In this document: positions 21,838 through 32,825 of the stretch, in pieces
Numbering within the stretch: position 1 is the first letter of the stretch
How the letters are laid out: every line of letters begins with the position of its first letter
DNA from: Ignavibacteriales bacterium
Lineage (GTDB): Bacteria > Bacteroidota > Ignavibacteria > UBA10030 > SZUA-254
Direction of reading: 5' to 3'
DNA length: 64,000 nucleotides
NCBI GenBank assembly: GCA_016214905.1
Contig: JACRMQ010000007.1
Coordinates: 328,965-392,964 of the forward strand
Position numbers and translations under genes: made by a program
Notes under the pieces: model-generated
The model's input: the letters and a program-made list of their open reading frames with translations, nothing else
Database searches by the model: none
Told to the model about the DNA's origin: nothing

Positions 21838-23283
21838 TCAGAAGGGTGAATCATCAGGTAATAAATTGGGGGGAGCGATCATGAATTCGAGTTTTTCAAA
21901 ACTTGCGTACTCCTTGTGGAATTGTAGTCGAACCATGCCGGTCGGTCCGTTTCTTTGTTTTCCTATAATTATCTCGGCAATCCCTTCGGATGGGATTGTA
22001 TTACCATCGTCATCTTTAATATCTGTGATACCGTATGTTTCCGGACGATGAACAAATATCACGACATCTGCGTCCTGTTCAATTGCTCCGGATTCGCGCA
22101 AATCTGAAAGCATCGGTCGTTTATCTCCACGCGATTCAACTCCACGGTTTAACTGTGAAAGCGCGATGACCGGAACATCGATTTCTTTTGCGAGCGCTTT
22201 CAGAGACCTGGAGATCATTGAGATTTCCCGCTCACGAGATTCAGAATTTTTAGGACCCTGTATTAACTGCAGGTAATCGACTATGATCAGACCGATTTCA
22301 TGTTCAGCTTTCAATCGACGTGCCTTTGCCCGCAGTTCCAACATCGTAAGCGCGGGTGTGTCGTCGATAAATATTTTTGCTTCTGCCAGCCGTCCAACAT
22401 TGCGGCTGAGATTTTTCCATTTATCCTCATGCAAACGACCGGTGCGAAGTTCGTGTGCATTCACGCGTGCTTCGGACGAGAGCATTCTAATTATTAATTG
22501 TCGTTCCGACATTTCGATACTGAATATCGCGACAGCACATTTTTTTTCTTTATGAAGCGCCGCGTTCCGCGCTACCGATAATGCGAATGCAGTCTTACCC
22601 TGACTTGGACGTCCGGCAACAATAATGAGATCCGATTTTTGAAATCCGCCGGTTTTTTCGTCTAAAGTTGGGAAACCTGATGGAGCACCCGTTATTCCAC
22701 TGTGTTTACCATGAATTTCCTGAAGCATCTCGAACGTTTCATGAAGAGCGCGGTTGATAGGTGTAAACGATCGGCGCATGCGCTTTTCGGAAATCTGAAA
22801 AATTTTCGACTCCGCCTCATCCAAAAGATCAAGAGCATCTTCAGTATTGCTGTATGCCCGGGTTCCTATCTCAGATGATGCCGAAATCAAACTTCTCATC
22901 AGCGCTTTTTCTAGGACTATCCGGGCATGGTATTCAACGTTGGCTGCAGTTGGAGTGTTTAATGTAAGTTCTGTTATGTAGACAGGGTCTTCGGCATCGT
23001 TGAGTTTACCACGTCGTCGCAATTCTTCAACTACCGTAACCGCATCGATAGGATCACCCTTTTCGAACAATGCCAACATTGCTTGATAAATTTTTTGGTG
23101 TGTTGGATTGTAAAAACTTTGGTAGTCAAGAAGCTCTAAAACTTTCGGCGCGGCCTCTTTCTCGATAAGCATGGCTCCAAGAACCGCCTTCTCAACATCT
23201 ACGGCTTGCGGTGGTATGCGTCCAGAAAAATTTAGATCGCTATCGGAAAAATTCTGTGTTGTTGTTTTTTTATCTCTGGGCAT
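21838..23283 (-). CDS. dnaB: Replicative DNA helicase
   Basis: GRPSQGKT, VDYLQL, LSQLNR, LRESGAIEQDAD, KQRNGP; no intein. Confidence 0.99.
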   Translation of the reverse strand: MPRDKKTTTQNFSDSDLNFSGRIPPQAVDVEKAVLGAMLIEKEAAPKVLELLDYQSFYNPTHQKIYQAMLALFEKGDPIDAVTVVEELRRRGKLNDAEDPVYITELTLNTPTAANVEYHARIVLEKALMRSLISASSEIGTRAYSNTEDALDLLDEAESKIFQISEKRMRRSFTPINRALHETFEMLQEIHGKHSGITGAPSGFPTLDEKTGGFQKSDLIIVAGRPSQGKTAFALSVARNAALHKEKKCAVAIFSIEMSERQLIIRMLSSEARVNAHELRTGRLHEDKWKNLSRNVGRLAEAKIFIDDTPALTMLELRAKARRLKAEHEIGLIIVDYLQLIQGPKNSESREREISMISRSLKALAKEIDVPVIALSQLNRGVESRGDKRPMLSDLRESGAIEQDADVVIFVHRPETYGITDIKDDDGNTIPSEGIAEIIIGKQRNGPTGMVRLQFHKEYASFEKLEFMIAPPNLLPDDSPF

Positions 23284-23285
23284 GA

Positions 23286-24008
23286 TTATCGTTTAATAAT
23301 TTTATTGTATTCATCGCGGAACATCTTCATATCTTCCCATGCGGGGCGTTTCCAGTTTGGATTCCGCAGAAGCGCGGCTGGATGATACGTTACAATCAAT
23401 TTTGTTCCTCTGAAGTCATGAATTTTTTCCCGCATCGAACTTAATGTACCGTTCGTTTGAAGTAACCACTGGGCGGCGATTCTACCTAAACAGATAATGA
23501 ATTTCGGTTGAATCAAAGAAATTTGTTTATAAAGGTAAGGAGTGCAAAGTTCCATTTCGTTCGCTTCGGGGTCGCGATTATTCGGCGGCCGGCATTTTAG
23601 TATGTTGCAGATATAAACATCTTCCCTTTTCAGGTCAACTGCCGCAAGAATTTTGTTAAGCAGTTGCCCAGCTCTGCCTACAAACGGTTCTCCTTGTGCA
23701 TCTTCATCGGCTCCGGGCGCTTCACCAACGAACATTACATCAGCCTTCGGATTGCCTACACCGAAAACAAAATTTGTGCGGGTATTCCCGAGTCCGCACT
23801 TCAAGCACTTATTGATCGATTTATCAAGCTCAACTAAATTTTCAGATTCCGTCCATGGTTCATCGGTTGGCATCGAGATTTCATGAGCGCTGTTTGATTT
23901 CTTTTTCACATCGGACTCAACATAAATTGTATTTCCAAATAAATCTTTTTGTTGTAAAAAATAACGTTTCGTATTATCTAACAAATCCATCATTTTGTTC
24001 TGCTTCAT
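23286..24008 (-). CDS. Uracil-DNA glycosylase family 4 (Fe-S)
   Basis: CLKCGL, VGEAPG, PFVGRAG, KCRPPNNRDP, TYHPAALL. Confidence 0.95.
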   Translation of the reverse strand: MKQNKMMDLLDNTKRYFLQQKDLFGNTIYVESDVKKKSNSAHEISMPTDEPWTESENLVELDKSINKCLKCGLGNTRTNFVFGVGNPKADVMFVGEAPGADEDAQGEPFVGRAGQLLNKILAAVDLKREDVYICNILKCRPPNNRDPEANEMELCTPYLYKQISLIQPKFIICLGRIAAQWLLQTNGTLSSMREKIHDFRGTKLIVTYHPAALLRNPNWKRPAWEDMKMFRDEYNKIIKR

Positions 24009-24017
24009 AATTAATCG

Positions 24018-25235
24018 TTATCCAAGCAGTTTAGAAATCCGTTGCAGAATCTGGTGAGCGAGTTGATATTTCGTCATCTTGGGGAATTTTTCAATTTTCC
24101 CATTCTTCGGGATGAATGTGGCAATGTTTGTCTCAACGTCGAAACCGGCTCCGTCTTCCATCGGATTATTTAGAATGATTGCATCAAGGTTTTTCGAGTG
24201 TAATTTCATTTTCGCATTTTTTATTTCATTCTCGGTTTCAACGGCAAATCCAACAAGAATGGCTTTGCCTTTTCGGGTGCCAAGCTCTTTAAGAATATCT
24301 TTAGTTGGTTTTAATTGTATAACGAATTGATTTTTGTCTTGAATATTTTTTTTAATTTTCTGATTAATGACTTTTACTGGTGTATAATCGGCAACTGCAG
24401 CAGCCATTATGATTCCGTCTTTATTGTCTCTATTTCTCATAACAGCCTTATACATTTGTTCGGCAGTCAAGATATCTATTCGTTTTACCGAGCGTGGTGT
24501 GGTGAGATGCGTTTTGCCGGTAACGAGGGTTACTTCTGCACCTCTGTGAACTGCGGCTGCCGCGAGGGCAAATCCCATTTTTCCGGATGATCTGTTTCCG
24601 ATAAAACGTACCGGATCTATCGGCTCATATGTTGGCCCGGCAGTGATAAGAATTCTTTTCCCTTGAAGATCCTGATGTACATCTGTAAGCAAAATTTCGA
24701 TTGCCTGCTGAATCTTTGGGAGGTCGGGTAATCTACCTGTACCGGTTAAACCACTCGCAAGTTCTCCTTCTGCCGGTTGAAGAATTTGGTAACCTAGTTG
24801 GTGAAGCTGAGAAATATTCGATTGAGTGATAGGATGATTCCACATATCGACGTCCATCGAAGGTGAAAGCATTACCGGAGCCCGCATTGCTAGGGCGAGT
24901 GTTGTTACTGAATTGTCGGCGATACCGGATGCAAGTTTTGCAATCGTGTTTGCAGTTGCAGGGGCGACCAACATTACATCTGCCCATTGTGCAAGATCAA
25001 TATGCCATGTACTTGCCTGCAATATGTTTTTAGTCAATCTTGGAAAACTTCCTACAACCACTTCGTTTTGTGTAAGCGTAGAAAGTGTTAGTGGCGTAAC
25101 AAACTCTGTTGCGGAATCGGTCATGACAACTTTGACGTCGGCACCACTTTTTTTGAAATCTCTTACAAGCTGCGGAATCTTATACGCTGCGATTCCGCCT
25201 GTTATCCCGATCAATATTTTTCTATTCCGCAACAC
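24018..25235 (-). CDS. coaBC: Phosphopantothenoylcysteine decarboxylase/ligase CoaBC
   Basis: [40 protein letters not shown]. Confidence 0.98.
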   Translation of the reverse strand: MLRNRKILIGITGGIAAYKIPQLVRDFKKSGADVKVVMTDSATEFVTPLTLSTLTQNEVVVGSFPRLTKNILQASTWHIDLAQWADVMLVAPATANTIAKLASGIADNSVTTLALAMRAPVMLSPSMDVDMWNHPITQSNISQLHQLGYQILQPAEGELASGLTGTGRLPDLPKIQQAIEILLTDVHQDLQGKRILITAGPTYEPIDPVRFIGNRSSGKMGFALAAAAVHRGAEVTLVTGKTHLTTPRSVKRIDILTAEQMYKAVMRNRDNKDGIIMAAAVADYTPVKVINQKIKKNIQDKNQFVIQLKPTKDILKELGTRKGKAILVGFAVETENEIKNAKMKLHSKNLDAIILNNPMEDGAGFDVETNIATFIPKNGKIEKFPKMTKYQLAHQILQRISKLLG

Positions 25236-25249
25236 CTGAATTTTTTTTA

Positions 25250-25570
25250 TTAAGCAGGAGTGATGTGCTCGTCGTCTTTATAACGATGTGCGAGACGTTT
25301 CTCCATCAATTCATTAATAGCCGATTCAGTCGGTTTTGGACGTTTTTCGAATTCTTGCGCGATCAGAATTTGATCCGGGTTGGTTTGCGGCTGATCTGTC
25401 TCTTCTTCCGGTTCGAACACTTTTGTTTGAAGCATTTCAATGCGCTGGTTGAATTCGATTTTCATCTCTTCATTTATCTGCCTTGCGCGCTTGAGCAGAA
25501 CGACTATTGCCTCGTACACGTTTTCGGCCTGATTGCTCAACTTTTCTATGTCTAATGGTTTAATTGGCAT
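25250..25570 (-). CDS. rpoZ: RNA polymerase omega subunit (FCB type)
   Basis: NVYEAIVV..KRARQIN and FEKRPKPT motifs; gmk-rpoZ-coaBC synteny. Confidence 0.88.
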   Translation of the reverse strand: MPIKPLDIEKLSNQAENVYEAIVVLLKRARQINEEMKIEFNQRIEMLQTKVFEPEEETDQPQTNPDQILIAQEFEKRPKPTESAINELMEKRLAHRYKDDEHITPA

Positions 25571-25594
25571 TACTGTTTTCCTTTATTTTATATT

Positions 25595-26188
25595 TTATGA
25601 TTTTCCGTTTTTATTGTTGTGTGTTTCAATTTCTTTTTGAACTATCCCGCTGACTTCTTCTATAGCTTTTTCAAGCAAATCATTTACGACCCGATAATCA
25701 AAGTCGGGCGCAAACGTCATTTCCATCTTAACCCGCTCCATTCTCCGCCTGAATGTTTCTTCCGATTCTGTTTTCCGGTTGCGTAAACGTTCAATAAGTT
25801 TTTCGATGCTTGGCGGCATTATGAAAATTAGTTTTGCATTATTGCCGTATTTACTTTTTATCGAAAGAGCACCTTTAACATCAACATCGAATATTATCGA
25901 TTTACCGTTCGCGAAAGCATTATCAACTTCGCTTTTCAATGAGCCGTAATAATCGCCATAAATTTCTTCCCACTCGATCAATTCGTTTAGTTTGATTTTT
26001 TCTTCAAATTCGGCACGTTTAATGAAATAATAATCTTTAGCGTTCGTTTCGGTCGATCTCATCTCGCGGGTCGTTGCCGAGATGGAAAAAACAGTGTTCG
26101 GGAATTTTTGTAAAATTGATTTTGCAATAGTCGTTTTGCCGCATCCGCTTGGTCCGGCAAGAACAAATAATTTCAGTTGATTGTCCAT
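25595..26188 (-). CDS. gmk: Guanylate kinase
   Basis: GPSGCGKTT, SATTR, DYYF, YYGS, DVDVKGA. Confidence 0.98.
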   Translation of the reverse strand: MDNQLKLFVLAGPSGCGKTTIAKSILQKFPNTVFSISATTREMRSTETNAKDYYFIKRAEFEEKIKLNELIEWEEIYGDYYGSLKSEVDNAFANGKSIIFDVDVKGALSIKSKYGNNAKLIFIMPPSIEKLIERLRNRKTESEETFRRRMERVKMEMTFAPDFDYRVVNDLLEKAIEEVSGIVQKEIETHNNKNGKS

Positions 26189-26214
26189 TTATTTATAATT
26201 TAAGAGATCGAGGG

Positions 26215-27096
26215 CTACTCGATATTCTGTAACTGCTCGCGAATTTTCTCTAGCTCTTCTTTTATTCCAACAACTCGATGGGCAATTTCGGAACTGCCGG
26301 CTTTAGAGCCGATAGTGTTTGCTTCCCTGTTCATCTCCTGCACCAAAAAATTTAATTTTCTTCCAACGGCTTCATCCGATTTGAGAGCGTTCAAAAAAAA
26401 CTTGTTGTGACTTTGGAATCTTACTGTTTCTTCTGTTATATCTAATTTATCTACGAGTAACGCGAACTCGGTTTCAAGACGCTTCATATCGATTATTACC
26501 GGATCAACAGAAAGATCTTTTACGCGTTGTTCTAAATTCTTCCGTGCCAAGGGAAGCGAATCGTGAGCAAGTTTTTCTATGTCTGTGAGAGCTTCACCGA
26601 TAGTGCGGATACGCATAACGAGATCCTTCATCAGTTCCGCTCCTTCTCGCTTACGCATTACGGATGCCTCGTCAAGAGCAATGAGAAGTGCCTTCTTAAC
26701 CAGCATCCATTCGTTTTCATCACCTTTTTCAAAATCGCTGACTTCAATAATATCCTGAAACTGCAACAGATGGTTTAGAGTAATCTTTTCCCGAATTTTA
26801 ACGGTCTTACCAAGATCGGTCAATAACCGATGATATGACTTTGCGGCAGTTGAATTTATTTTCAAAGGAATTTCGTTAGCGTTCTCGTGTGTGATACTCA
26901 ATGCGACATTAATTTTACCGCGACTTAAACGTTTCCGGATAATCTCCCTGACCTCTCCCTCGCGCAAAGTCATCGTGCGCGGAAGACGGGCTGAAACCTC
27001 GAAGTACCTATTGTTCACAGAGCGTAATTCGGCAACAGCGGTTATTTTGCCATCTGTTACTTCGCCTCGTCCATACCCTGTCATGCTTGAAATCAT
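26215..27096 (-). CDS. yicC: YicC/YloC family endoribonuclease
   Basis: SMTGYGR, SVNNRY, GRKLNFLVQEMNREANTIGSK, EKIREQLQNIE. Confidence 0.97.
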   Translation of the reverse strand: MISSMTGYGRGEVTDGKITAVAELRSVNNRYFEVSARLPRTMTLREGEVREIIRKRLSRGKINVALSITHENANEIPLKINSTAAKSYHRLLTDLGKTVKIREKITLNHLLQFQDIIEVSDFEKGDENEWMLVKKALLIALDEASVMRKREGAELMKDLVMRIRTIGEALTDIEKLAHDSLPLARKNLEQRVKDLSVDPVIIDMKRLETEFALLVDKLDITEETVRFQSHNKFFLNALKSDEAVGRKLNFLVQEMNREANTIGSKAGSSEIAHRVVGIKEELEKIREQLQNIE

Positions 27097-27269
27097 TTAA
27101 AATCGTCCACTTTTTGATAAATTGCCATATTAAGGTACGAAATATTCTCTCGTACGTCAAGGAAAACCTTTCCACAACATTTGCACCGTTTTATCGACAT
27201 CTCTTCTGTAAGAATCTTTGAGAATGAGATCGATTTCAATATATTGTTGATAATTATTTAATAGTCAGA

Positions 27270-28934
27270 ATGCCTGTTCACTATTTTACATTAAAAGCGT
27301 TATCCAACGAATTCCGTACCTTATTTAAAGGTTCAATTATCAGAACTGTTTTTACTCAACAAAAAAATGAGTTATTAATCGGGTTGAGTAAAATTGGAGA
27401 TGCCCGCTCCTCAGGGAACAAGATTACAATTTGTATTTCGGTTTCACCTCGAAATAATTATATCTTTTATAGGATGGGTATATCGCGAGCTAAAACTAAC
27501 TCGGTGGATTTATTCACTGATTCAATTGGTTCGGTTATCAGTGATTTCTATGTCCATTCTTCAGATCGTTCAGTCTTTGTAACTCTCGATTCTTCAAAAC
27601 AATTTGTTATTCAACTATACAACACAGCGACGAGTAATGTTTATCTTATCGACGATAACATGAAGATAGTGGAAGCGTTCAAAGACGATCGGAAATTTAA
27701 AGATACTGTTTTGGAGATTAGATCAACAATCGGGAATTCGACAGAAAATTTATATCAGGATCTGACGGCATTCGGTAAACTTTCAATCACTGCTTCATTG
27801 AAAAAAGTATTTCCGATTCTGGATAATAAATATATCACCGAGATTTTATTCAAATCTTCCGTTGATTGCAATAAGGAGACACACTTATTATCGGAAAACG
27901 AAATCGATAGAATTTCCAATGAAATAAAAACCATATTCCAAATATCCGAGAATCCTTCTCCGTATATATATGTTGATTCCGATGGTGACAGAATTATATC
28001 GGTTACAGAGTTGAGTCATCGTCACGGATCAAAAAACATTACCTTTCCAACAGTGAACGATGCTGTAAAAAAATATATTTCCATCACTTCGCGGGAAACC
28101 GGAGTTGAAAACGAGAAAGAAATTTATCTGGATAAACTTCGAACGCTGTTACAGCATAACGAACGTTCAATTCGAAATGCCTCGGCTCATTTAAGCGTAG
28201 ACCCGTCACGGATGGAAAAAATCGGGAACCTTATACTTTCAAGCATCCATCAAATTAAAAAGGGGATGAAGAAAATAGTTCTTGAAGATATTTATGGAGA
28301 TGGAAATTCAATCGAAGTCGATCTTGATCCGGCGTTAACACCTTCCCGAAACGCAGAAAAATATTTTGAAAAAGGTAAAAGAGCTGAATTAGGACGAATC
28401 GAATCAGTGCGTCGAGTAAATGAGTTAAAAATCCGAATCGATACCATTAAACCGTTAATAGAGGATTTAGAAAAAATTTATTCTTCTGAAGAAATTAAGA
28501 ACTTTCAAAAAAAATATTATTCCGAATTAAAATCGATGAATATCACAGTCAATAAAAAAGAAGAAGAGGAAAAGCCTCCGTTCAGAATATTTACAGTCGC
28601 GGGTGGTTTTGAAGTATGGGTAGGGAAAAGCAGCGCTAATAACGATTTGCTGACAACAAAATTCTGCAAACCGCAGGATCTGTGGTTTCACGCGCGAGGG
28701 GCAGGTGGTTCGCACACGGTATTAAAAATACCGAGAGGAACGGAGAATATTCCACGTGAATCGATAAAACAAGCGGCGAGCATCGCCGCGTATTACAGCA
28801 AGATGCGGAAGGCATCAAATGTTCCGGTTGCATATTGTGAGCGAAAATATGTGCGAAAACCGAAAGGAGTTGCGGAAGGAACCGTTTATCTTGAGCGGGA
28901 AGAAGTGATATTTGTCCCCCCCAAGCTTCCTTGA
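27270..28934 (+). CDS. rqcH: NFACT/FbpA family ribosome quality-control protein RqcH
   Basis: LDPALTPSRNAEKYF, VGKSSANND, DLWFHARGAGGSH, AASIAAYYSK. Confidence 0.88.
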   Translation: MPVHYFTLKALSNEFRTLFKGSIIRTVFTQQKNELLIGLSKIGDARSSGNKITICISVSPRNNYIFYRMGISRAKTNSVDLFTDSIGSVISDFYVHSSDRSVFVTLDSSKQFVIQLYNTATSNVYLIDDNMKIVEAFKDDRKFKDTVLEIRSTIGNSTENLYQDLTAFGKLSITASLKKVFPILDNKYITEILFKSSVDCNKETHLLSENEIDRISNEIKTIFQISENPSPYIYVDSDGDRIISVTELSHRHGSKNITFPTVNDAVKKYISITSRETGVENEKEIYLDKLRTLLQHNERSIRNASAHLSVDPSRMEKIGNLILSSIHQIKKGMKKIVLEDIYGDGNSIEVDLDPALTPSRNAEKYFEKGKRAELGRIESVRRVNELKIRIDTIKPLIEDLEKIYSSEEIKNFQKKYYSELKSMNITVNKKEEEEKPPFRIFTVAGGFEVWVGKSSANNDLLTTKFCKPQDLWFHARGAGGSHTVLKIPRGTENIPRESIKQAASIAAYYSKMRKASNVPVAYCERKYVRKPKGVAEGTVYLEREEVIFVPPKLP

Positions 28935-29010
28935 AAATTCCAAAAATTCTTCGTATACTCAATACAATCTTCAGATTATTATTAACAATTCACGTACGAA
29001 AGGAAAATTT

Positions 29011-29661
29011 ATGAAGTTTGTTTACTTGTTCGTTTCACTACTGCTTTTTTCTGCAACCTTGATCTGTCAAACAGATTCAGCGGCATCAAACGAAACAAGT
29101 CCCCCGCCTGTGCAGGAAATTTCTGTATCGGGCGGTTTGGCTTATACTTATCTCCCGTACGAATTTTCGAAATACTGGAACCCGGGAATGCACGCAGGTG
29201 TTGGGTACGGTCTATCGTTTACACCCGGTGATTACGGCTACAGTTCGTTAATGCTTCTTGCTGATTATGGATCATTCGAACTTAAGGAATCGGCATTCCG
29301 CGAAGGTATGAAGATCACAGATCCAACAAAAATTGTTACTGGTGGAAAGACACAAGTATTTACGGTTACCGCAAATTACAAAGGAACGTTAGCCATTTCG
29401 AAAACAAGTATAGCACCTTTTTTCACTATCGGGATAGGATATATATATTTTCGATCCGACAGTATCTTGGTCGATAATAAAAATATTTTATCAATTGAAA
29501 GTGATGCACTGTCGACCATTACTTGGTCGTTCGGAGTGGGTGTGGATATTCCGGTTAACGAAATGTTCGTTGGCTTTGTTCAAGCAAAATCCGTCATAGG
29601 AGCGTTCGACAGACCCCGGCAATATTTTCCAATTACAGCAGGATTGCGATTACGATTTTAA
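29011..29661 (+). CDS. Outer-membrane beta-barrel protein (OmpA/W-like)
   Basis: Signal peptide, APFFTIGIG, FGVGVD, C-terminal Phe (GLRLRF); AAAGGA RBS. Confidence 0.8.
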   Translation: MKFVYLFVSLLLFSATLICQTDSAASNETSPPPVQEISVSGGLAYTYLPYEFSKYWNPGMHAGVGYGLSFTPGDYGYSSLMLLADYGSFELKESAFREGMKITDPTKIVTGGKTQVFTVTANYKGTLAISKTSIAPFFTIGIGYIYFRSDSILVDNKNILSIESDALSTITWSFGVGVDIPVNEMFVGFVQAKSVIGAFDRPRQYFPITAGLRLRF

Positions 29662-29748
29662 TTAGTTTTTTTGATAAGTAACTTAAGATTATCAAAGTGC
29701 GGTGAAAATATTCATCGCACTTTTTTATTTGTACAGGCTACAAAATTT

Positions 29749-30231
29749 ATGAAATTAATACTCGTTCGACACGGTGACGCAAAACCCGGTATCGATGATG
29801 CGAGCAGAGAGCTTTCGGATCTGGGAATTGAACAGGCAGTTCGCGCCGCGCAAACATTACTTGGTTTACAATTGATTCCAGATGTTATCATTAGTAGCCC
29901 TTTGTGCCGCGCCATTCAAACTGCCGTGGAGGTAGGAAAGTTTTTTCCGGGGATCGACTTGATCACATCCGAACACTTAACACCATCGTCAGATCACCGT
30001 CATATTTTCGAAATACTCAGATCATTGCAACATAAAACGGTTCTGTTAGTTGGGCATGAGCCACATCTAAGTACATTAATTTCACTGTTGATAACCGGTA
30101 CACGGTATGGAAAATTTATTGTTTCAAAAGGAGGGATAGCTGTTATACATCTTGAGGATTCGGTGTCTGCCGGAAATGGCGCACTCCGGTTAGTACTGCA
30201 ATCCGATGAAATTAAAAATATTCAAAATTGA
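29749..30231 (+). CDS. sixA: Phosphohistidine phosphatase SixA
   Basis: LILVRHG, RELS..G, SSPLCRAIQTA, LLVGHEP. Confidence 0.92.
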   Translation: MKLILVRHGDAKPGIDDASRELSDLGIEQAVRAAQTLLGLQLIPDVIISSPLCRAIQTAVEVGKFFPGIDLITSEHLTPSSDHRHIFEILRSLQHKTVLLVGHEPHLSTLISLLITGTRYGKFIVSKGGIAVIHLEDSVSAGNGALRLVLQSDEIKNIQN

Positions 30232-30245
30232 TTCGAATGGAAAAA

Positions 30246-31061
30246 CTATCCACCCACTAGAGTTTTTCCCGCATTGCATTCCTTAACTGCCCTGTTAATC
30301 ATATATAAAATATCTGTCTGCCTTTGTAATACATCTTTTGTGATCCATCCGGATATCGATCCTAATGGACGGTAAGGGACTTTCACAGAAGTGTAGTCAA
30401 TCTTTTCGTGTTCTCCGGAAATTTTATTTTTGAAAGCAAAAACATCGTTGAACCTGTTATTAAACTTTGTGCATCTGGCAAAAATTTTTCTGCGCACCCA
30501 ATCGCGAAGCGGATCTATATCGACATGCACAACGGCATCAATTTTATCATCATAATTATCATCTGCCCAATGATTAAAAATAATTTTACACTTATTAATA
30601 TATAATTCCAAATCATTCCGGTTCAGTTTTTGTCCGCGTGCCGGATAACTTTCCGGAACTCTGTTGTCGAGAAACGGCGCGGCACCATCTACAAGCGCCA
30701 GGTAGTCAATTTTACCGTCTTTGTTTCGGTCGAATACATAACCCCACGTGGTTACCTTTCCAAGCATAGGGCTTCCTTCATCAAAATCGAGAATTCGATA
30801 TATTTCTTTATTAGGATTCTGAATCATATCGTTTGTTACTGCCGCGATGACAATTTCATTCCTGCCGTTGTATCCGATGAAGGAAACCCATAAGTTATCG
30901 ATTTTCTTTTGACAAATTATTTTTAACGATTTCTCGATTTTAGGGTAATATGCTATTGACTCTGCTTTAGGATAAAACCTTGTAATATCATTTTTTTCAG
31001 ATGCCTGCGTTACGGTACCCAATAATGTAATGAGTAATGCCGATAAAAATATGTTTTTCAT
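30246..31061 (-). CDS. Secreted hypothetical protein with Dx[N/D]xDG-type loops
   Basis: Signal peptide; DRNKDGKID and DDNYDDKID motifs. Confidence 0.65.
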   Translation of the reverse strand: MKNIFLSALLITLLGTVTQASEKNDITRFYPKAESIAYYPKIEKSLKIICQKKIDNLWVSFIGYNGRNEIVIAAVTNDMIQNPNKEIYRILDFDEGSPMLGKVTTWGYVFDRNKDGKIDYLALVDGAAPFLDNRVPESYPARGQKLNRNDLELYINKCKIIFNHWADDNYDDKIDAVVHVDIDPLRDWVRRKIFARCTKFNNRFNDVFAFKNKISGEHEKIDYTSVKVPYRPLGSISGWITKDVLQRQTDILYMINRAVKECNAGKTLVGG

Positions 31062-31068
31062 GCAAAAA

Positions 31069-32727
31069 CTACTTTAAATTGTTGTTTGAAAGTAAAGTTG
31101 AATGTTCAATTCCGATTTTGCGTAAATACGGGCCGGGTTCCACCGATTTCCCGGTAGCGTTCCTCATTCTTTCTTGCCACTCTATTTTTTCACCGGATAA
31201 AAAGAGTCGATCTATCATCCATGCGGCAACAAGTGAATCTGTGTGCTCGCGTGAGCCGAACTTATTAAAAAGTGCTTCTTCCAATTGAGCGGCAATTAAT
31301 TTTATAATTATCGCCTTATATGATCCACCGGGTTTATCGGTGTGAGTCGGGTTAATTTCCATCGGTGTCGTTATGCCGCTGTCGATGCTGAGGTCGTAAT
31401 ATTTCTCCAGCATCACACGTTCCAAAGAATCTGTATCGAGGGAAGGATTCTTAAAAAATTCGTATTCTGTTTCGAAAGCTTTCATCTCTTGGATTAATTT
31501 TACTATTTGCGGCTCTGTCCGCTTTGAATAAAATTGTTTGAGCTCTTTTTCTTTCACCTTCGTGAAAGTTCGCAGCCATAACGAGTCGAGCAGAAGATCA
31601 TGCATCATCAATGCAATACCGTCGTTATACACCGAGCAATATGTACCGGGAACAGTTGTATACGATTTTAATATCGGAAAATCGGTTTGCGTAAAAAACG
31701 CTTTCAATCCGTAAGCATATGCCGCAAATGCGTCTGCATAATTTAGCTGACCGGCTTTGATGGGGAATGTTATGCGAATATCTTTTGGTATCGCAACACG
31801 GAAGCAGGAACCTTTCGCGTGATTATTCTTCGAATGTGTTAGTATTCTTATGCTGTCTGGATTGAAACCGGTGCTGTCGAAGTAATGATAAACTTTAGTA
31901 GCAAGAGAATCTGTCGGAAAATATTTTTCTGGAAGTTGTTTAGCCGTTTGTCCAAAGTAATAAGCATCCCATGGTGCGATTGTTTTATTTGACTTTTGCT
32001 TTCTTTTGTTTGTTGACGTGATTTTTTCACTCGGTATGCATGTTAATTCTTTGAGCATCGCGAATGTTTTTAACAACTTTCCCTCGTCTATTCCATCCAT
32101 ATATAGAACGAATGAATAATAGCTCGGAAATCCTTTCGCTTGAGCTTTTGTGTTTAGTAATTGAACAGTTTTTCGGTATTCATTTAGGTATTTTGAATTT
32201 GCCTCTAAATATGCCTGCCAATAAATTTTACGTTTTTTTGAATTCTTCTCGGTTTGGAGAAATCTAAGAACTTCTTCGCCCGTCAAATTTTTTCCGTTCA
32301 CTGCAATTTGAATTTTAGAAAATTTATTGGCGAGATTTATTTTTGAGGATGTGACTTCATCATCATACTCAATACTACCACCCAGAAAAGCGCGGTGCCA
32401 TAATTCGAGTCGGCGCGCCAACGGTTTATCGGCGAGAGAACCCGATCTGCCGCGCCATTCTGAAATTATATTTCGAATGCTCGTATCAAGAAATATTTCT
32501 GCAAGCAACTCGCGGGCGGAATTGAAATCGGGCTTGGCCTCTTTTGTCGCAAAGTTCCAGCGTGCCAACTCCATTGCTGAACACGCAGATTCATATCGCT
32601 GTTCCAGAGTGTCGAGAAAAAGATATAAACCATCTTTAGATTCCACCCGCGGCTTAACTTCCTTTGTACACGACATAAGAAAGATTACCGGCAAGATGAT
32701 AAAAACTGATTTGGAGAAACGCTGCAT
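31069..32727 (-). CDS. M3/M2 (gluzincin)-like lipoprotein, probably catalytically inactive
   Basis: Lipobox LMSC; APWD, CFRVAIPKDIRI, C-terminal W..RMRNATGKSV typical of the family; AAYAY where HExxH is expected. Confidence 0.7.
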   Translation of the reverse strand: MQRFSKSVFIILPVIFLMSCTKEVKPRVESKDGLYLFLDTLEQRYESACSAMELARWNFATKEAKPDFNSARELLAEIFLDTSIRNIISEWRGRSGSLADKPLARRLELWHRAFLGGSIEYDDEVTSSKINLANKFSKIQIAVNGKNLTGEEVLRFLQTEKNSKKRKIYWQAYLEANSKYLNEYRKTVQLLNTKAQAKGFPSYYSFVLYMDGIDEGKLLKTFAMLKELTCIPSEKITSTNKRKQKSNKTIAPWDAYYFGQTAKQLPEKYFPTDSLATKVYHYFDSTGFNPDSIRILTHSKNNHAKGSCFRVAIPKDIRITFPIKAGQLNYADAFAAYAYGLKAFFTQTDFPILKSYTTVPGTYCSVYNDGIALMMHDLLLDSLWLRTFTKVKEKELKQFYSKRTEPQIVKLIQEMKAFETEYEFFKNPSLDTDSLERVMLEKYYDLSIDSGITTPMEINPTHTDKPGGSYKAIIIKLIAAQLEEALFNKFGSREHTDSLVAAWMIDRLFLSGEKIEWQERMRNATGKSVEPGPYLRKIGIEHSTLLSNNNLK

Positions 32728-32825
32728 TATGCGGGTTTTTTCATATAAGTTGTTTGATTTCAGGTTAAAGATAAGAAATTTCCGATTCGATTTCCAAAAT
32801 AATTTTCTAAACTTTTTATCTGTGT

